From the NCBI GenBank assembly GCA_964016885.1, contig CAXHJY010000276.1, positions 1 to 64,000 on the forward strand: a DNA stretch of 64,000 nucleotides, given 5' to 3'. The notes below the pieces were generated by a model. That model was given only the letters and a program-made list of their open reading frames with translations. It was not told the DNA's origin and did not search any database. The position numbers and the translations under genes were made by a program. This document shows, piece after piece, positions 1 through 19,647 of the stretch. This stretch comes from Eledone cirrhosa. Lineage: Eukaryota. Positions within the stretch are counted from its first letter, which is position 1. Each line of letters opens with the position of its first letter.

Positions 1-5255
<5,255 letters not shown>

Positions 5256-5426
5256 TTGTTATACTTTGGGAGGGTCATGTTGCTAATAAGAAACACATGC
5301 ACCAGTAGCTTTCACTTCAATTTATTATAATAAATTTATAAATTTAGGAATTTATAAATTTCCAGTTGGTTGTTTGCTAAACAAATTCAGAAACGATATA
5401 TGTATATATATATATGTATATACGTT

Positions 5427-5484
<58 letters not shown>

Positions 5485-5588
5485 TATTGAAGTTTCCGTT
5501 GAAAATTTAAAAAGTCATAGGAGTGAAGAGTGCTCTATGTAAGTACCAGAGCAAAATTTAATGTATAATAAACAATACAATATAATTA

Positions 5589-5658
5589 CCTCATTACCAG
5601 AGGTTTACCAAATAAGACGAATACGAAAGAAACGTCCTGATTTGTTCGTCGGATGAGG
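5589..5658 (-). ncRNA. Degenerate type I hammerhead-like motif
   Basis: Minus strand reads cctcat-CCGACGA-(long hairpin acaaatcaggacg...cgtcttatttg)-gtAAA-cc-tct-gg-TA-atgagg. Stems I, II and III are present but the core deviates from CUGANGA/GAAA. Confidence 0.45.
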
Positions 5659-6079
5659 CAATATAAAACATAGTGAAATATTTGGAAAGTCTCCTCAAGA
5701 AATGCAAAAGAAATATATATATATAAATAAAAGTAATGCAATAGACATATAACATATATAAAAAAATATAAGGAAATATAGTTAGGTGTGTGTATATGTA
5801 TGTATATACACTCACAAATGTACATATGTATGTATGTACAAATGCGTGTGTATGGTGAAAATGTGTGCGTAAATATATATATGTAACCACAAATACGGAT
5901 ATAATATAAGTTGAAAATAAATTCATAATCTAGTTGACATGTATACATAAACAGGGTGTTAGATACATATAAGAATATGAAGGCACGCGTATAAACACAC
6001 ATACACGCGCGATTACTTATATGTGGAAGATAAAGAGGTAAGGGAGTGTAATAGTTAAAAGAAAGTGTCATTCTCGATA

Positions 6080-6700
6080 TCATCATCATCATCATCATCA
6101 ACGTTTAACGTCCGTGTTCCACGCTTGCATGGGTTTGGACGGGGGTTTTCCCACTTGAGGCAAGAGTGATTGTCTTGCTCGCATAGGACTGTCTGGCAGG
6201 TTTTCTACAGTTGGATGCCCTTCCTAACACTAACCACATTTACAGTGTGGGTCTGGGAGGTTTTTACCGTGTTGCCTACACGGCCACATTACAGCGTGGA
6301 CTGTGTGTTTTTTTGTCGTGACACCTACACGATCTCATTTGTTTCGGCCTGGATGGTGTGGCACCAACATAACTTTACGTAGAAGGGGGCGGTGTGGATG
6401 GGGTGGTGGTGGTGGGACGGGGGTGTATTTTGTTAGAGATGCCTACTGACTGTAGTAGGTTTTACTATGTATTTAGGTAAGGCGGGTTTTCTCTATTACT
6501 GAGTACCGCCAAAGGTCTCGGTCCAGTGACATTGTCGTGGAGAGGTGTAAGTGTGTGAGGTCGGAGTTTATCAGCTCGCCCCAGGTATTTCTAGGTCTGC
6601 CTATTCCGTGGCTACCGTCTATCTTTATTGCCCTGCACTTTGTTATACAGCTATCGACTTTCATGCGCATCACGTGTCCATACCAACGTAGCCTTCCCTC
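6080..6700 (-). mobile_element. 3' fragment of RTE-clade LINE (RT C-terminus, 3' UTR, (ATG)n tail)
   Basis: Minus ORF 6473-6673 (GRPRNTWGELINSDL...DRDLWR) resembles RTE C-termini. The (CAT)n tail is at 6080-6099. Confidence 0.7.
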
Positions 6701-6769
6701 GAGTAAACAACATATTTATAAAAATGGAACAATATTTAAATGAAAGAGAAAGTAGTCAATTAACACCAG

Positions 6770-6913
6770 AGAAGAGAAGAGAAGAGAAAAGAAAAGAAAA
6801 GAAAAGAAAGGGAAGGGAAGGAAGGAAGGAAGGAAGGAAGGCAAGGCAAGGCAAGGCAAGGCAAGGCAAGGCAAGGCAAGGCAAGGCAAGGCAAGGCAAG
6901 GCAAGGCAAGGCA
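6770..6913. repeat. (AGAAA)/(GGAA)/(AAGGC)n compound microsatellite
   Basis: Direct reading of the sequence. Confidence 0.9.
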
Positions 6914-7039
6914 TCTATAAAAAAAATATATATATATATATATACACACAATACGTGCAGACAAAAGCGTATGCAAGCGTACATATATACATACATACAT
7001 ATCACCCCATGTATATCTAATCACACGTACGTACGCACG

Positions 7040-7071
<32 letters not shown>

Positions 7072-7441
7072 CACACATACACACCCATACATACAATACA
7101 TATATACACACACACACATATATACATTCACGCACATTAACCCGCTTACAAGCACACACATAAAAATAAGAATGTAAAAAAAATAGATGTAAAAACACAG
7201 ATATAAAAACACACATACATACACATATATATACACACGCACACATACGGAGGCGTTCGTGTACATATACAGAAAGTATATACACATAAAGACGCTCAGA
7301 CACATAGATACTCTTTGTAAAGCAGCCTTATGAATAAGTCAGTACAAATATAAAAATATAAATTTGGCTGCGAAATAACAGAAAATATCTATATATATGT
7401 ATATATAAATATCTATATATATGTATATATATGTATATATG

Positions 7442-7477
<36 letters not shown>

Positions 7478-7805
7478 TATGTATATATTATACTTGGTGA
7501 GGGTCATATTGATGTAATAATATTGCCAGAAATAATAACAACACACTCCCTGTTTGGTTGGTTTTCGCTTCTGCATCTTTTTATATTTCCATAGTTAATT
7601 TATTTGGCAATCAATGTTTATCATTGACTGACCAATGGTTAAAAATACAGATATAAATATATATATATAGTCTAACAAAGTTCTTTCGTTGCACCTCTGC
7701 AACATCATCAGTGGTACTATTATCATGTTCCCTCCTATTATATTGAAATGTTCACACCATTTTTATTTAATTTAAATAAAATAAAAAAGGCGTGAACATT
7801 ACAAT

Positions 7806-9000
7806 ACAATGTGCAGTTTAACTGGGGCACCTCTGAGCCATTCAGCATTTGCAGTGGAGTAAAACAAGGCTGAGTCCTTGCGGCCAAACTCTTTGGGATC
7901 TTCTTTGCTCGTGAAGCATGCATTCGGCACTGCCACAGAGGTATCTTCCTGCATACCAGATCAGATGGCAAACTGTTCAACCTCGCCCACTTCAGAGTGG
8001 GAACAAAACCCTCATTAGAGACATGCTGTTTGCCAATGATGCAGCAGTTGCGACGCACTCCCAGCGGGAATTCCAGATGCTGATGGACCACTTCTCTCAG
8101 GCCTACAGGGATTTTGGACTGACCATCAGCCTTGGGAAGACAAATGTCTTGGGACAGAACACAGAGGCACCAACAGTCATCAAAATGGATGGCTATGAGC
8201 TTCATGTCATGCATCAGTTTACCTACCTCGGTTCCACCATTACCAACAACCTCTCCCTGGATACAGAGCTCAACAGGGGGATTGGGAAGGCAGCCACATT
8301 TGCTCACCTCACCTCACAACCCAAGTATGGACAAATACCAAGCTGGTGGTAAAGACCAAGATGGCTGTGAACAATGCCTGTGTCATTGGCACGCTGCTGT
8401 TTGGCAGTGAGACATGGTCCCCATATGCTAAACAGGATAGGCGACTCATCACCTGCCATCTAAGAGACCTGCGCCATATCCTGGGTATATCCTGGCAGGA
8501 CAGAGTGCCCAATGCCGAGGTCCGTATTTGTGCTGGCCTTCGCAGCATGTTTACCCTGCTCCAACAGTATAGACTACGCTGGCTAGGTCACGTCTACCAG
8601 ATGAATGATAGTCACATCCCTAAAGACATTAAATGGGGAGCTGGCCTCTGGAAAGAGAGCCACTGGTCGACCTTGGCTGCAATACAAGGACATTGTGAAG
8701 AGAGATATGAAGGCCATTGAGATCAACACAGAGACCTGGGAGGGCAGTGCAGCTGACCGACGAAGATGGAGGAACACCTTGAATCAACACCTCAAATCAG
8801 GGGAGGAGAATTTGATGACTGCAGCAGTTGACGGGAGAGCCCAGCAAAAGCAGCGCAATAAGCCCAGAGACCATATACAGATGTGTTCTATGTGACAGAG
8901 ATTGTCACTCATGTATAGGTCTGTTTAGCCACCAGAGAAGCTGCTCTATCTGAGCTGACAACAGGATACTATCTATGGTCAGCCTTAACCGAAGGAGGCA
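7806..9000 (+). mobile_element. 5'-truncated, frameshifted RTE-clade LINE (reverse transcriptase C-half)
   Basis: Frames give SEPFSICSGVKQG*VLA, IRDMLFANDAA (YADD-like), FGLTISLGKTNVL, FTYLGSTI, LLFGSETW, ILGISWQDRVPN, RLRWLGHV and GRPWLQYKD, with stops and frameshifts. Confidence 0.92.
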
Positions 9001-10024
9001 TTAACTTAATAGAAACAGTCCTATACGAGCGAGACATGGTTACCTGACCAAACTTGCCTCAAATGGGACAAATCTGTCTAACACATGCTAGCGTGGAAGA
9101 TACACATTAAACAATGATGATGATGTATATATGTGTGTGTATATATATATATATATATATACATATAAATATGTGCATGGCCAACAGTGACTAAACCGGC
9201 AGCCCCACCAAGCCTGCTTGGTGAGGAGGGTGATGTTGGACACTCTGCGGGATGAAAAACAAAACCCATCAAAGAGCAGAGGAACTCAGGAGAGTCAATG
9301 GCCATCCAATAAAGTATTTTTGTTAGGGTGGCAGTGGAGTGAGAGACCCCAGTCTTCATTCAGTCATCTCTCTAGGAGAAGGTCACTCTGATATAAAACC
9401 TGTGACTTCGTTTGCATCCAATGATGTAGACTAGTTCTATTTTTTTGGTAAAAGCATTCAATGTCCAGAGAGTGGGATTTGCTACATGTAAAGCCTTTGC
9501 CCGCTTAAAAAAGCTTCAAGCACAGGTATCGCTTAATATGTAACATCTTTTGTATTGCATGGCATGGCTGGCTCTAGGCAAGTTCTTAAGCAGGACTAAA
9601 AAGCCATGTCCATGCTGCTCATGCTTAAATATCAAACGATGATATTACTCAACATATCAAGTTGCAGCCATTATATCATGTATGTATGTATGGCATGACT
9701 GGCATTAGGAAGGGCATCCAGCTGTAGAAAACCAGCCAGAAACACCCCTATATGAACAAGACATGGTCACCCCACCCAAATTGCCTCTAACTGGGACCCG
9801 TCTAACCAATGCTAACGTGGAAGATAGACGTTAATCGATGAAGATGATGATGATATATATATGAATATACGTATTGTATATTTAATAATATATTGTATGT
9901 TTATTTAAAAACACTTTGAACGCCTTTCGCTATGAATTTCAGGTAGTGACTATAGTCACATACCTAGCTTTAGTGCTGAATATTATTAAATATACTGTAT
10001 ATACATCGCTATTTCAGAGCTCCA

Positions 10025-10058
<34 letters not shown>

Positions 10059-10452
10059 CAATGAAATAGAAGCCAGTAGGTTTGAATTCACCTAATTTTA
10101 TTGATTACATAATTGCTGTTATATGTATTTTGATGGTAACTGTTATGTAACAATTACAACGACCTCATCGGACAGCTATTATATGAACAGAAAATTGTAT
10201 GAATAAAAATTACATGAACAAAAATTAAATGAAAACAATTACTGAAGCACTTTCCATTCTGTGATATGAACACCACATACATATTTATTAAATGGAAAAA
10301 TGACTTTGACTTTGAAGTTTTACTATGAGCATTTTAAACAGTCTTTGGTGAAACTTTGATGTCCCAATTGAGACTTTACTCTTAGTATTGTCATTTTTTA
10401 CACTTAAGGATTTTGATTTTTTAAGAACACCAGTTCTAAACATGTATATATA

Positions 10453-10512
<60 letters not shown>

Positions 10513-10579
10513 CAGTTTTCTTTATTTGTTTAAAGCGTGTTTCATTGGTAGTTTTCATTATTCCGTTTTCCAATTTCAG

Positions 10580-10879
10580 ATGGACATATTTATCTTGAAA
10601 ATAGACGTGGAGATGGCTGAATGGCGTTCCTTGACGAAAGCAATTTCTGATGGACAACTGGACCACGTAAAACAGTTGTTAGTTGAGTTCCATGTGTTTT
10701 ACCACTCTAAAGAATCTAAGTGGAATGTTTACCATAAAGCACTTATTATTTTGAAAGATTTGATGCGTTGTAACTTCCGAATATTCTCGACAACAAAGAA
10801 CAGGGATTGCGAGTACATGAACCATAAAAATACTCTATTGACAAAATGTCACAATGTCCATATGGTTAAAGTTAGTTAA
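10580..10879 (+). CDS. Terminal coding exon of a METTL24-like (Methyltransf_22) methyltransferase; upstream exons not identified
   Basis: Acceptor ttttccaatttcag at 10579, then DIFILKIDVEMAEWRSL...GQLDHVKQLLVEFH...FRIFS...stop. This matches the LKxDxExxEW...VKQLLxEFH pattern of METTL24-like proteins. Confidence 0.8.
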   Translation: MDIFILKIDVEMAEWRSLTKAISDGQLDHVKQLLVEFHVFYHSKESKWNVYHKALIILKDLMRCNFRIFSTTKNRDCEYMNHKNTLLTKCHNVHMVKVS

Positions 10880-10899
10880 AATAAATTTTATTTAATTTG

Positions 10900-11640
10900 T
10901 TGTTGTTCTTCTTTGCCCACTTATTTCTGGGAGGGTCGTGGGGGCAGAGTCCGCAAGTACTCCTTCCAATGGGTCATGTCAGAAGTAACCATCTCCAATT
11001 ATCTGGCTGAATCCTCAAGCGAGATCAGCCAAGCTCATAGATGTTAGCCAACCAGTTTGCTCGGGGTCTACCCCTGGGTCTCCTGCCAGTTGGTTTTGCC
11101 TATAAAATCTGTCCTGCAATTCTTTCCTAAGACATACAAACCACATGTTTGTAGTATTGGAGTTGTGATCTCTCAATTCCTCCTCCTCCTTCTGTGCCCA
11201 CTTATTTCTGAGAGGATCGCAGGGGCAGAATCCTCAAATACTCCTTCCAGCGGGTCCTGTCAGAAGCAACCATCTTCGAGTGAGACCGGCTGAGCTCATG
11301 GATGTTATCCAATTATCTTGCTCGAGGTCAACCCTGGGTCTCCTACTGATTGGTTTTTGCCTATTTATTATAAAAAATTATTTGTTATATTATTTTAAAG
11401 GGTCGATCGAGCATCAGATGAAATGCTTTAGTGTTTCAGGAGACCCAGAGTTTGACCAAGAGCAAAATGGTTGGATAACATCAATAAGCTCAGTTGTTCT
11501 TGCTTAGTGATCCATCTGAATCATTTGGACAGTTCTTTCTGATAGGACCCTTTGGAAGGCGTGTCTGAGGACTGTGTCCCCTTGACCCTCTCAGGAATAA
11601 GTGGGGCAAGAAGATATTTCTTCCATGAGCAAGATGTCTT
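10900..11640. mobile_element. Cluster of short RTE-like 3'-end fragments (two direct, one inverted)
   Basis: The motif gcccacttatt(t/c)ctg...gtcagaag(t/c)aaccatct recurs at ~10915 and ~11196, inverted at ~11530-11610, and again at ~17545, ~39240-39340 and ~58630. Confidence 0.6.
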
Positions 11641-12109
11641 CCTGATCTCCAACTGTGATAACCCGGCCAACCCATGCCAGCATACATACATACTTAATAT
11701 ATACATACATGCATAACAACCTACTGACCTGTCCACCTACCTACTTGCTTACTCACTCCCCTATATTCCTAACCCTGCCCTTCCTCCAACCCTACCTACC
11801 TACATATATACATACAAACATATCTATCCATTTATCTTTGTTTCTCTCTCTCTCTGTCAGTCTGTCTATCAGCCAGTCTCTCTCTCTAGCTGTCTGCCCC
11901 TCTCTCTCTCTCTGTCTGCCCCTCTCTCTCTCTGTCTGTGTCCACTGCTCATCTCATCGATCTGCCTACCTTTAAACCTATCTGTATTGATCAGTAAAAT
12001 CTAGCAACCAGAACAAATAAGATAAAAGCCCGAACAGAAATCTCTGTGATGTCTCAACTGTTATTGAATGTTTGACACTGTTATCTGGAACAGAGTCTAT
12101 ACTCACAAA

Positions 12110-12660
12110 CCCACATACACACACTCACATACACACACTCACATACACACATTCACATACACACACTCACATACACACATTCACATACACACATTCACAT
12201 ACACACACTCACATACACATACTCACATACACACTCACATACACACACTCACATACACACACTCACATACACACATTCACATACACACATTCACATACAC
12301 ACATTCACATACACACATTCACATACACACACTCACATACACACACTCACATACACACACTCACATACACACACTCACATACACACATTCACATACACAC
12401 ACTCACATACACACATTCACATACACACACACTCACATACACACATTCACACACACTCACATACACACATTCACATACACACACTCACATACACACACTC
12501 ACATACACACACACTCACATACACACATTCACATACACACACTCACATACACACATTCGCATACACACACTCACATACACACATTTACATACACACATTC
12601 ACACACTCACATACACACATACATGCATTCACATATATACACATACATGCTTGCACATGT
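12110..12660. repeat. (CACATACACACT/ATT)n minisatellite
   Basis: Direct reading; source of the HT-rich ORFs. Confidence 0.93.
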
Positions 12661-13270
12661 GCACTCACATATGTACACATACATGTAGACAGTCGCATAC
12701 ACACATATATGCAGACTCATACATATGGATGCAAATCTATCTTTTCTTTCTCTCCCTACACACACACACACACATATATATATATAAAATGCACATTTTC
12801 ATGTGTCAAATAGTTATGCATATATATGAATGCACTTAAACGCACATATATATATATACCAAGCTATACACACACGTGTGTGCGTGTAGGGGTATATATT
12901 TATACATGTATATATAACTATATATATATATATATATAACTAGCTTTTCTATCTATATCTCTGTATAAATACACACACATACATACATGCATCCACACAC
13001 ATGTGCACGCACGCGTATAATATATATATATAAATATATATACGTATATACATACATATATACACTCACACATATACATATATCTTTATGTGCATATTAA
13101 TTTGATATATAGATATTTATATTTCACACATACAGAAACACATGCACAAATATGCACGTGTATATATATATATATATACATACACACACACACATTTATA
13201 CTTCATATCGACATCATCATCATAATATATATATTTAGATATGCGTGTTTATATATGTAATTATTATATA

Positions 13271-13311
<41 letters not shown>

Positions 13312-13350
13312 ATATATGTATATGTGTGTGTATATATATATATATATATA

Positions 13351-13638
13351 TCATCATCATCATCATCATCATCAGCGTTTAACGTCCGTGTTCCACGCTT
13401 GCATGGGTTTGGACGGGGGTAGTCCCACTTGAGGCAAGAGTGATTGTCTTGCTCGCATAGGACTGTCTGGCAGGTTTTCTACAGTTGGATGCCCTTCCTA
13501 ACACCAACCACATTTACAGTGTGGGTCTGGGAGGTTTTTACCGTGTTGCCTACACGGCCACATTACAGCGTGGACTGTGTGTTTTTTTGTCGTGACACCT
13601 ACACGATCTCATTTGTTTCGGCCTCGATGGCGTGGCAC

Positions 13639-13642
<4 letters not shown>
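13351..13642 (-). mobile_element. Second copy of the RTE-like 3' end seen at 6080-6370
   Basis: Near-identical to 6080-6370, including the (CAT)n tail. Confidence 0.8.
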
Positions 13643-13682
<40 letters not shown>

Positions 13683-15322
13683 GTATATGTGTGTGTGTAT
13701 ATATATATATACCTATATATATATGTGTATATGTGTCTGTGTGTAAATATTGACTAAGCCCTTTGTAGTAATACCACCACCGCCACCATTACCACTGCCT
13801 CCCCACCTAATATAGTCAAATTCCATATTGCATGTCTGAGAGTATTATCACCAGTTGATCTGCTGCAGTCTACAAGCAGTGGCCATACTGGTGCTTCGCT
13901 CAGAGGTCAGAGGTCAGTCAGTGTCACTTTATTAGCTCCTTAACCACAGTCTCCTTGATCGGGTTCACTATATGTACGTACATTCACTATGTACACAGAC
14001 GTACCACCAAACTCCTCCTACCCTCTTTCCCACTCTCTCATCTCCTCCTTTCTCTCTCTCATGCACACATATACACACACACATGGACACATAAACATAT
14101 ATACATGCGCATAGATACGTACACACTATTAAATCCATATTAAAGTTTGTTTGCTCAATCCACGTGCATACACACACATATATATATATATATACACAGA
14201 CATGTACACAGGATTGTGTGTATATGTGTGTAAGTATCTCAAAGAGAGATATATAAACTGTATTTCATATTTAGACACCATCTTACATTTGTAGACACAA
14301 ATACCCATCTTCTCTCTCTTTCTGTTAACTATCTATCTATCTTTCTATCTCTCTGAATCTACGTGTCTATCTATCTATCTATCTATCTCCCTGTCTATCT
14401 ATCTATCTGTCTGTCTCTTTGTCTCTCTCCCCCTCTCTCTACCTATCTATCTGTCTGTCTCTTTGTCTCTCTTTCCCCCTCTCTCTACCTATCTATCTGT
14501 CTGTCTCTTTGTCTCTCTTTCCCCCTCTCTCTACCTATCTATCTGTCTGTCTCTATGTCTCCCCGCCTCTCTCTATATCTACCTGTCTGTCTATATATCT
14601 ATCTCCCCTTCTCTTTTCTCTCTCCACCTCCCAATCCTGCTTTGGATGTATATATGTATTAGTATGTATATGTGTGTAAGGAACAGTTTTCTTTGAACCA
14701 TGTTATATAGAAAACACGACAGTATTCCAATTTGATCATTTTTATTAAAGGTTTTTCATATTTCCTTTGTTTTTTTTATGCTTAGTTTGAAAGAATAACG
14801 TTCTTAAATCCTAAATCCTAAACCCACAAATGCGCACATGCACACACATATGTGCACATACATATGTATGCGTACATATATATGCATACATATATACATT
14901 TATCTGTTTAGCTGTGTCTCTTTCACTCTTTTAATATGCAAATGTAGACTCACACACAAACATGCACAGAGATGTGTATGTATGGATGGATGGATGGACA
15001 AATGGTCGGCTGACTTTTATGAATATTTTCGCCAATGGGTAGCATTGTGTGCTAATGTATATGTTTATATATATATATAATGTTTGTGTGTGTATATATA
15101 AATGTATGTGTGTGTATGATAGAAAGTGTGTTTGTGTGTATGTATGTGTTAGATATGACTTTGCCTCAGTGTATACACCTTTACCAGTGTGGTACAGAGA
15201 TTAAATTGGAATCTGAATACAGAGGGGTTTAGTAAGCAAGGCGGGTTGTGATCCACACGTGGAGATTATCGTATGGAGACACATATTACTACATTGACTA
15301 TATGCCCTGGGTTAATCCTACC

Positions 15323-15367
<45 letters not shown>

Positions 15368-17127
15368 ATGCGTATGTATGCTAGATCGATAGACAAGTAT
15401 TGTCGACACACTATATATGTAGAAACTGCATCACAAATCTCATCTCCCACATCACATGCACGGCCACCCCATATTTGACATCATCTTCATCTTTCTCTTT
15501 TTCTTCTTTCTTCACCTCCTCCTCCTTATCATCATCATTATTATCAACACAGTCACCAACACTACCTCCACATTACCATGATCATCATGAGTATCACTAA
15601 TATCCTCATTTATGATAATAATGATGATGATGATCATCATCATAATCACCACTGTCAACACTAAAATGTAAATTGTGCATAAGTGAAAAGTTACTCATCT
15701 TGTTTCAAGATTTGCCTCCCGTAAATGAAAACTCTGAGATGTCAGGATCTTGTAGACACACTTTAAAACATTTACTTTGTAAATATTCCCCTCTAAAGAT
15801 TCTTCAGAATAATATGGATTTTTCTTCTCTATTTTTGGAGGTTTTCTGACTTAAAAATTTTTTTTTTAAATTGTTTATATTTTTCTCCTTGTGCACACAA
15901 ACACAAATATATATGCACTTAACATGCTTTTCATGTATTCATTAAATTTTACATTTTTATATGATATCTTTTTTTGTAATTAGCAAATTCTCCTCATCTC
16001 TTTATCTTCATATAACGTTTACACATGCACATACCCCTTCATATATGACATCAACTTTTAGAATCACCATTTTGATGAACTTGTGCTCCAAGGAGATGTG
16101 ATGGCTTGGTTTGTATATGAGAAATGGAATTTTATCTGTATCAAGACCTTCGGTAATTCTTAAAGGTATGTCATAGGGATTATAGTAAAGGTTATTTATG
16201 ACATGGTATGGTCCCATAACGCCATAGTAACATACAGCATTCTTTGGGTATTTTAAGTCTGTAGAAGTCCATCTCTCTCCGGGTCTGAAAACAGCAGAGA
16301 AGGATAAAAAGTAAGGAAGAGATATAGAGGAAGGACCGACCCCAGTACTAGTCAGTAATTTTTTTTTATCGACTCTGAATATATGAAACACAAAGTTGAC
16401 CTCAGTGGGATTTGAACTCGGAGAGCAAAGAGCTGGAATGAATACCACAAAGCATTGTATCCGACGTTCTTATGACTCTACTAATTCGCCACCTTTTAAA
16501 GATTATTTATACAGCAAGGTAATGTATTTTATTTAGGTTAATTACATAACCACTGTCGGGTTAAAAACGTAGATCTACTTTAGGGTATGTTATAATGTAG
16601 GCGGTAAGTTGCTGTAAAACCGTCAGAGCAAATACTGCAAAGTATTTTATCTAACTTCTGCGTTCCGAGTTCAAATCACACCGAGGTCAATTTTGACATT
16701 CATCCTTTCGAGGTGGATAAATAGAGTTCCATTTCAGTACTTCACTGGTACTATATTTTATCGACCTCAGAAGGACGAAAGACAAATTTGATATCGGTGG
16801 TATTTGAACTCAGAATGTAAAAAGCTGGAACAAATATCGCAGCAGCATTCTATCCAATGTCCTACCAATGGTTGCCAACCCTCCACCCTTCTAAAATGAT
16901 TTCTAATTCAGACATAAGGCCAGAAATTTGTGGAAAGAATAAAGTCGATTGTATTGGCCTCAGTACTTTACTGGTACTTTATTTCATCCACCCAGGAAGG
17001 ACGAAAGGCAAAGTTGACATCGGCAAGATTTGAACCCAGAACGTAGAGAGCCGGAACAAATATTGCAAAGCATTTGTCTGACATTCAACCGATTCACCGT
17101 AGTTCAGATAATATTGCAATTGGTTAT

Positions 17128-17445
17128 GGAGGCACATGGCTTAGTGGTTAGAGCATTGGCCTTGCAATCGAAAGGTTGTGAGTTCAATTCTCAGACCGGG
17201 TGATGTGTTGTTTCCTTGAGCAAGACACTTTATTTCACATTGCTCCAGTTTACCCAGCTGTAGAAATGAGACGATAGGGACTTGGGTCCCTATCATTCCA
17301 CTGCAAAGTGGTCGTGGAGGTGCCACGGCAAAAAAGCACCCAGCACTCACTGTAAATGAGGAAGGGCATCCAGCTGTAGAAATCAAGCCAGAATCAGTTC
17401 CCGTCCCACCCTTGCAAGCAGGGAAAAGTGGACGTAAAATGAAAT
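17128..17445 (+). mobile_element. tRNA-derived SINE with RTE-like tail
   Basis: A box TGGCTTAGTGG, B box GAGTTCAATTC, and a central ccttgagcaagacactttatttcacattgctcca shared with copies at ~19650, ~20450 (minus), ~36280 and ~59870. Confidence 0.85.
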
Positions 17446-18107
17446 GTTAAAAAAATGTTACTTTCAAGTAGAAAGTGTAAGGATTGAACATGTAAGCATC
17501 AATCTTTCTTCTTCTTCCACTTCTTCCTGGGTGTGTCAGTGGGTCTTGTCAGAAGCAACCATCTCCAATTGTTCCGGCAGAATCCTCAAGCGAGACTATT
17601 CTATAGAGGACCCCCTTAATGACATTTTAAATAATTACAGAAACGACTTCGAAGCTACGAACAAAGCGAGCAAGAGCAAAAGTTCTTCAATTGAAGGTTA
17701 TGATTTTGTCAAGTTAAATAATAGAATTTTACAAGCAAAGATGAAATGTTTTTAGACATGAAAAAGAAAGCTTGTAATCCAGGAAACCTCAAAGGAATTG
17801 ATGCTATGTCTGACAATCAAACTTTATTTTATGTTGCTCCAGTCCACTCAGCTGGAACAGAAACGAGTTCTGACGACACTTGTGTCAAACCGTATTTTCC
17901 CTTGAATATCAGTGACGTGGAGGGAATAGACTTGCATGTATGGGTGACTGCTGGTCTTCTACAAAACACCTTGGCCAGGTTTATGTCTTGGAGAGGCAAA
18001 CCTATAGTCAGTTAGTCATAGATGCATAACTTACGGCTAGGTATGATCGAAGAGGGCCCTTTCCTTGTGCCTATACTGTATTATCAACTATTATTTATAA
18101 AGTAATG

Positions 18108-18295
18108 GAATGGTGAATTGGCAGTATCGGTAGAGAGTCGGACGCCATGCTTTGAAGCATAGAGTTACCTCCCTTTATGATCTGAGTTCAAATCCCGCCG
18201 AGGTTAACTTTGCCTTTCATGCTTACAGAGTAGATAAAATAAAGTACCAGTAATACAATGGAATAATTTCTGGCCTTGTGCCAAAAGTAGAAACA
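18108..18295 (+). mobile_element. tRNA-derived SINE with 18-bp target-site duplication
   Basis: A/B-box-like tggcagtatcggtaga and gagttcaaatccc, flanked by attatttataaagtaatg at 18090-18107 and 18296-18313. Related copies at ~24945, ~29690 (minus), ~35620 (minus), ~60150 (minus) and ~60555. Confidence 0.85.
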
Positions 18296-19647
18296 ATTAT
18301 TTATAAAGTAATGAAACACTCACAATTTAAACAATGCTCCGACTTCTGGCTGCGGTGAACCGAACTAACAAAATTTACCTATTTATATCTAAATGTCTTA
18401 GATCGTTTGAGATTTGAACTTGTTGTCTATGAACACAGCGGCGCAGCACTATTTATAAAGTAATATATATTAATGTTTCGTGTGTGAACAGCTCATTGCT
18501 ACATTCATTGAAATACAAATGAATACACACACACACATGTATGTATGTATGTATGTGTGTGTGTGTATGTGTCTACAGATATATATGTATGTATAGACAC
18601 ACACATACACATATATAAATAATGACATAAGTATAACAGATTAAATCAGTAAGAGAAGTAGATTCATCTAAAAAGCCTATGTTAGATGTCTTTAACTCAA
18701 AATTAAAAAATATATATATATTAGCTTTTATTAAAAATAAATACTTTCAAAACAAAAGTTAGAGTGAACGGAATTAGCATGAGCTACTTAGAGATTTTGA
18801 CTTGAATTGCTGCTGTCATTAAGAAAGGTAGAATCTGAGAAGCATCTTAAATAGGAGAACGAAAATTCTAAATTCTATAATCGCATGCATGTTGCGTGTG
18901 TATAAGACAGATATTTGAGAAACAGAAGTACTGTACTAATTCTCTCTCTCTCTCTTGCTCCATTCTCCCCTTCTCTCTCTGTCTCGCTCTTTCTCTCTTT
19001 CTGATCACCACACGAAAACAACAGTTTGTTTTAAAATACATAATAGATACAAACACACAAACTCACAAGCACCATCGTACACACACACTCACACACACAC
19101 AGACAGACACGCACACACAGACACAGACACACACACACAGACATAGATACAGACAGACAGACACAATCGCGCTCACACTCACACTCACACACATACACAC
19201 ACGAAGATTTCAATGCATGCGAATGATATATGTATTTATGTATTCATATATCTAAACGAACATTTCATATGCTATTTTATATGTGTGTGTGTGTATGTAT
19301 ATGTGGTGTGTATTTATATACGTGTGTATGTATGTATATGTGTTTGTTTGTATGTATGATTGTTTCTATGTATGTATGCATGATGTATGTATATATGTAC
19401 ATATATACGCATGTATGTGTATATACATATATGCAAGGATGTATGTAAGTAAATATGTCTGAATGAATTAAGTATTAAAGATTATTTATTTGAAATCATA
19501 TTAGGCAAAATCCTTTTACCTCTATAATTAACTGTCCGTAAGATTTTAGTCATAAATTTAATGAAGTCTTTGAAAAACTATTAAAAACTTACTTTGTTTG
19601 AGTCTTGATTCGGTGTGCGTGTTGCAGCTAGTCTAGACGTATGTATG

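Noticed and set aside
17128-17200. tRNA gene
   Set aside because: A/B boxes are present but run directly into a SINE body repeated many times in the window, with no clean cloverleaf.
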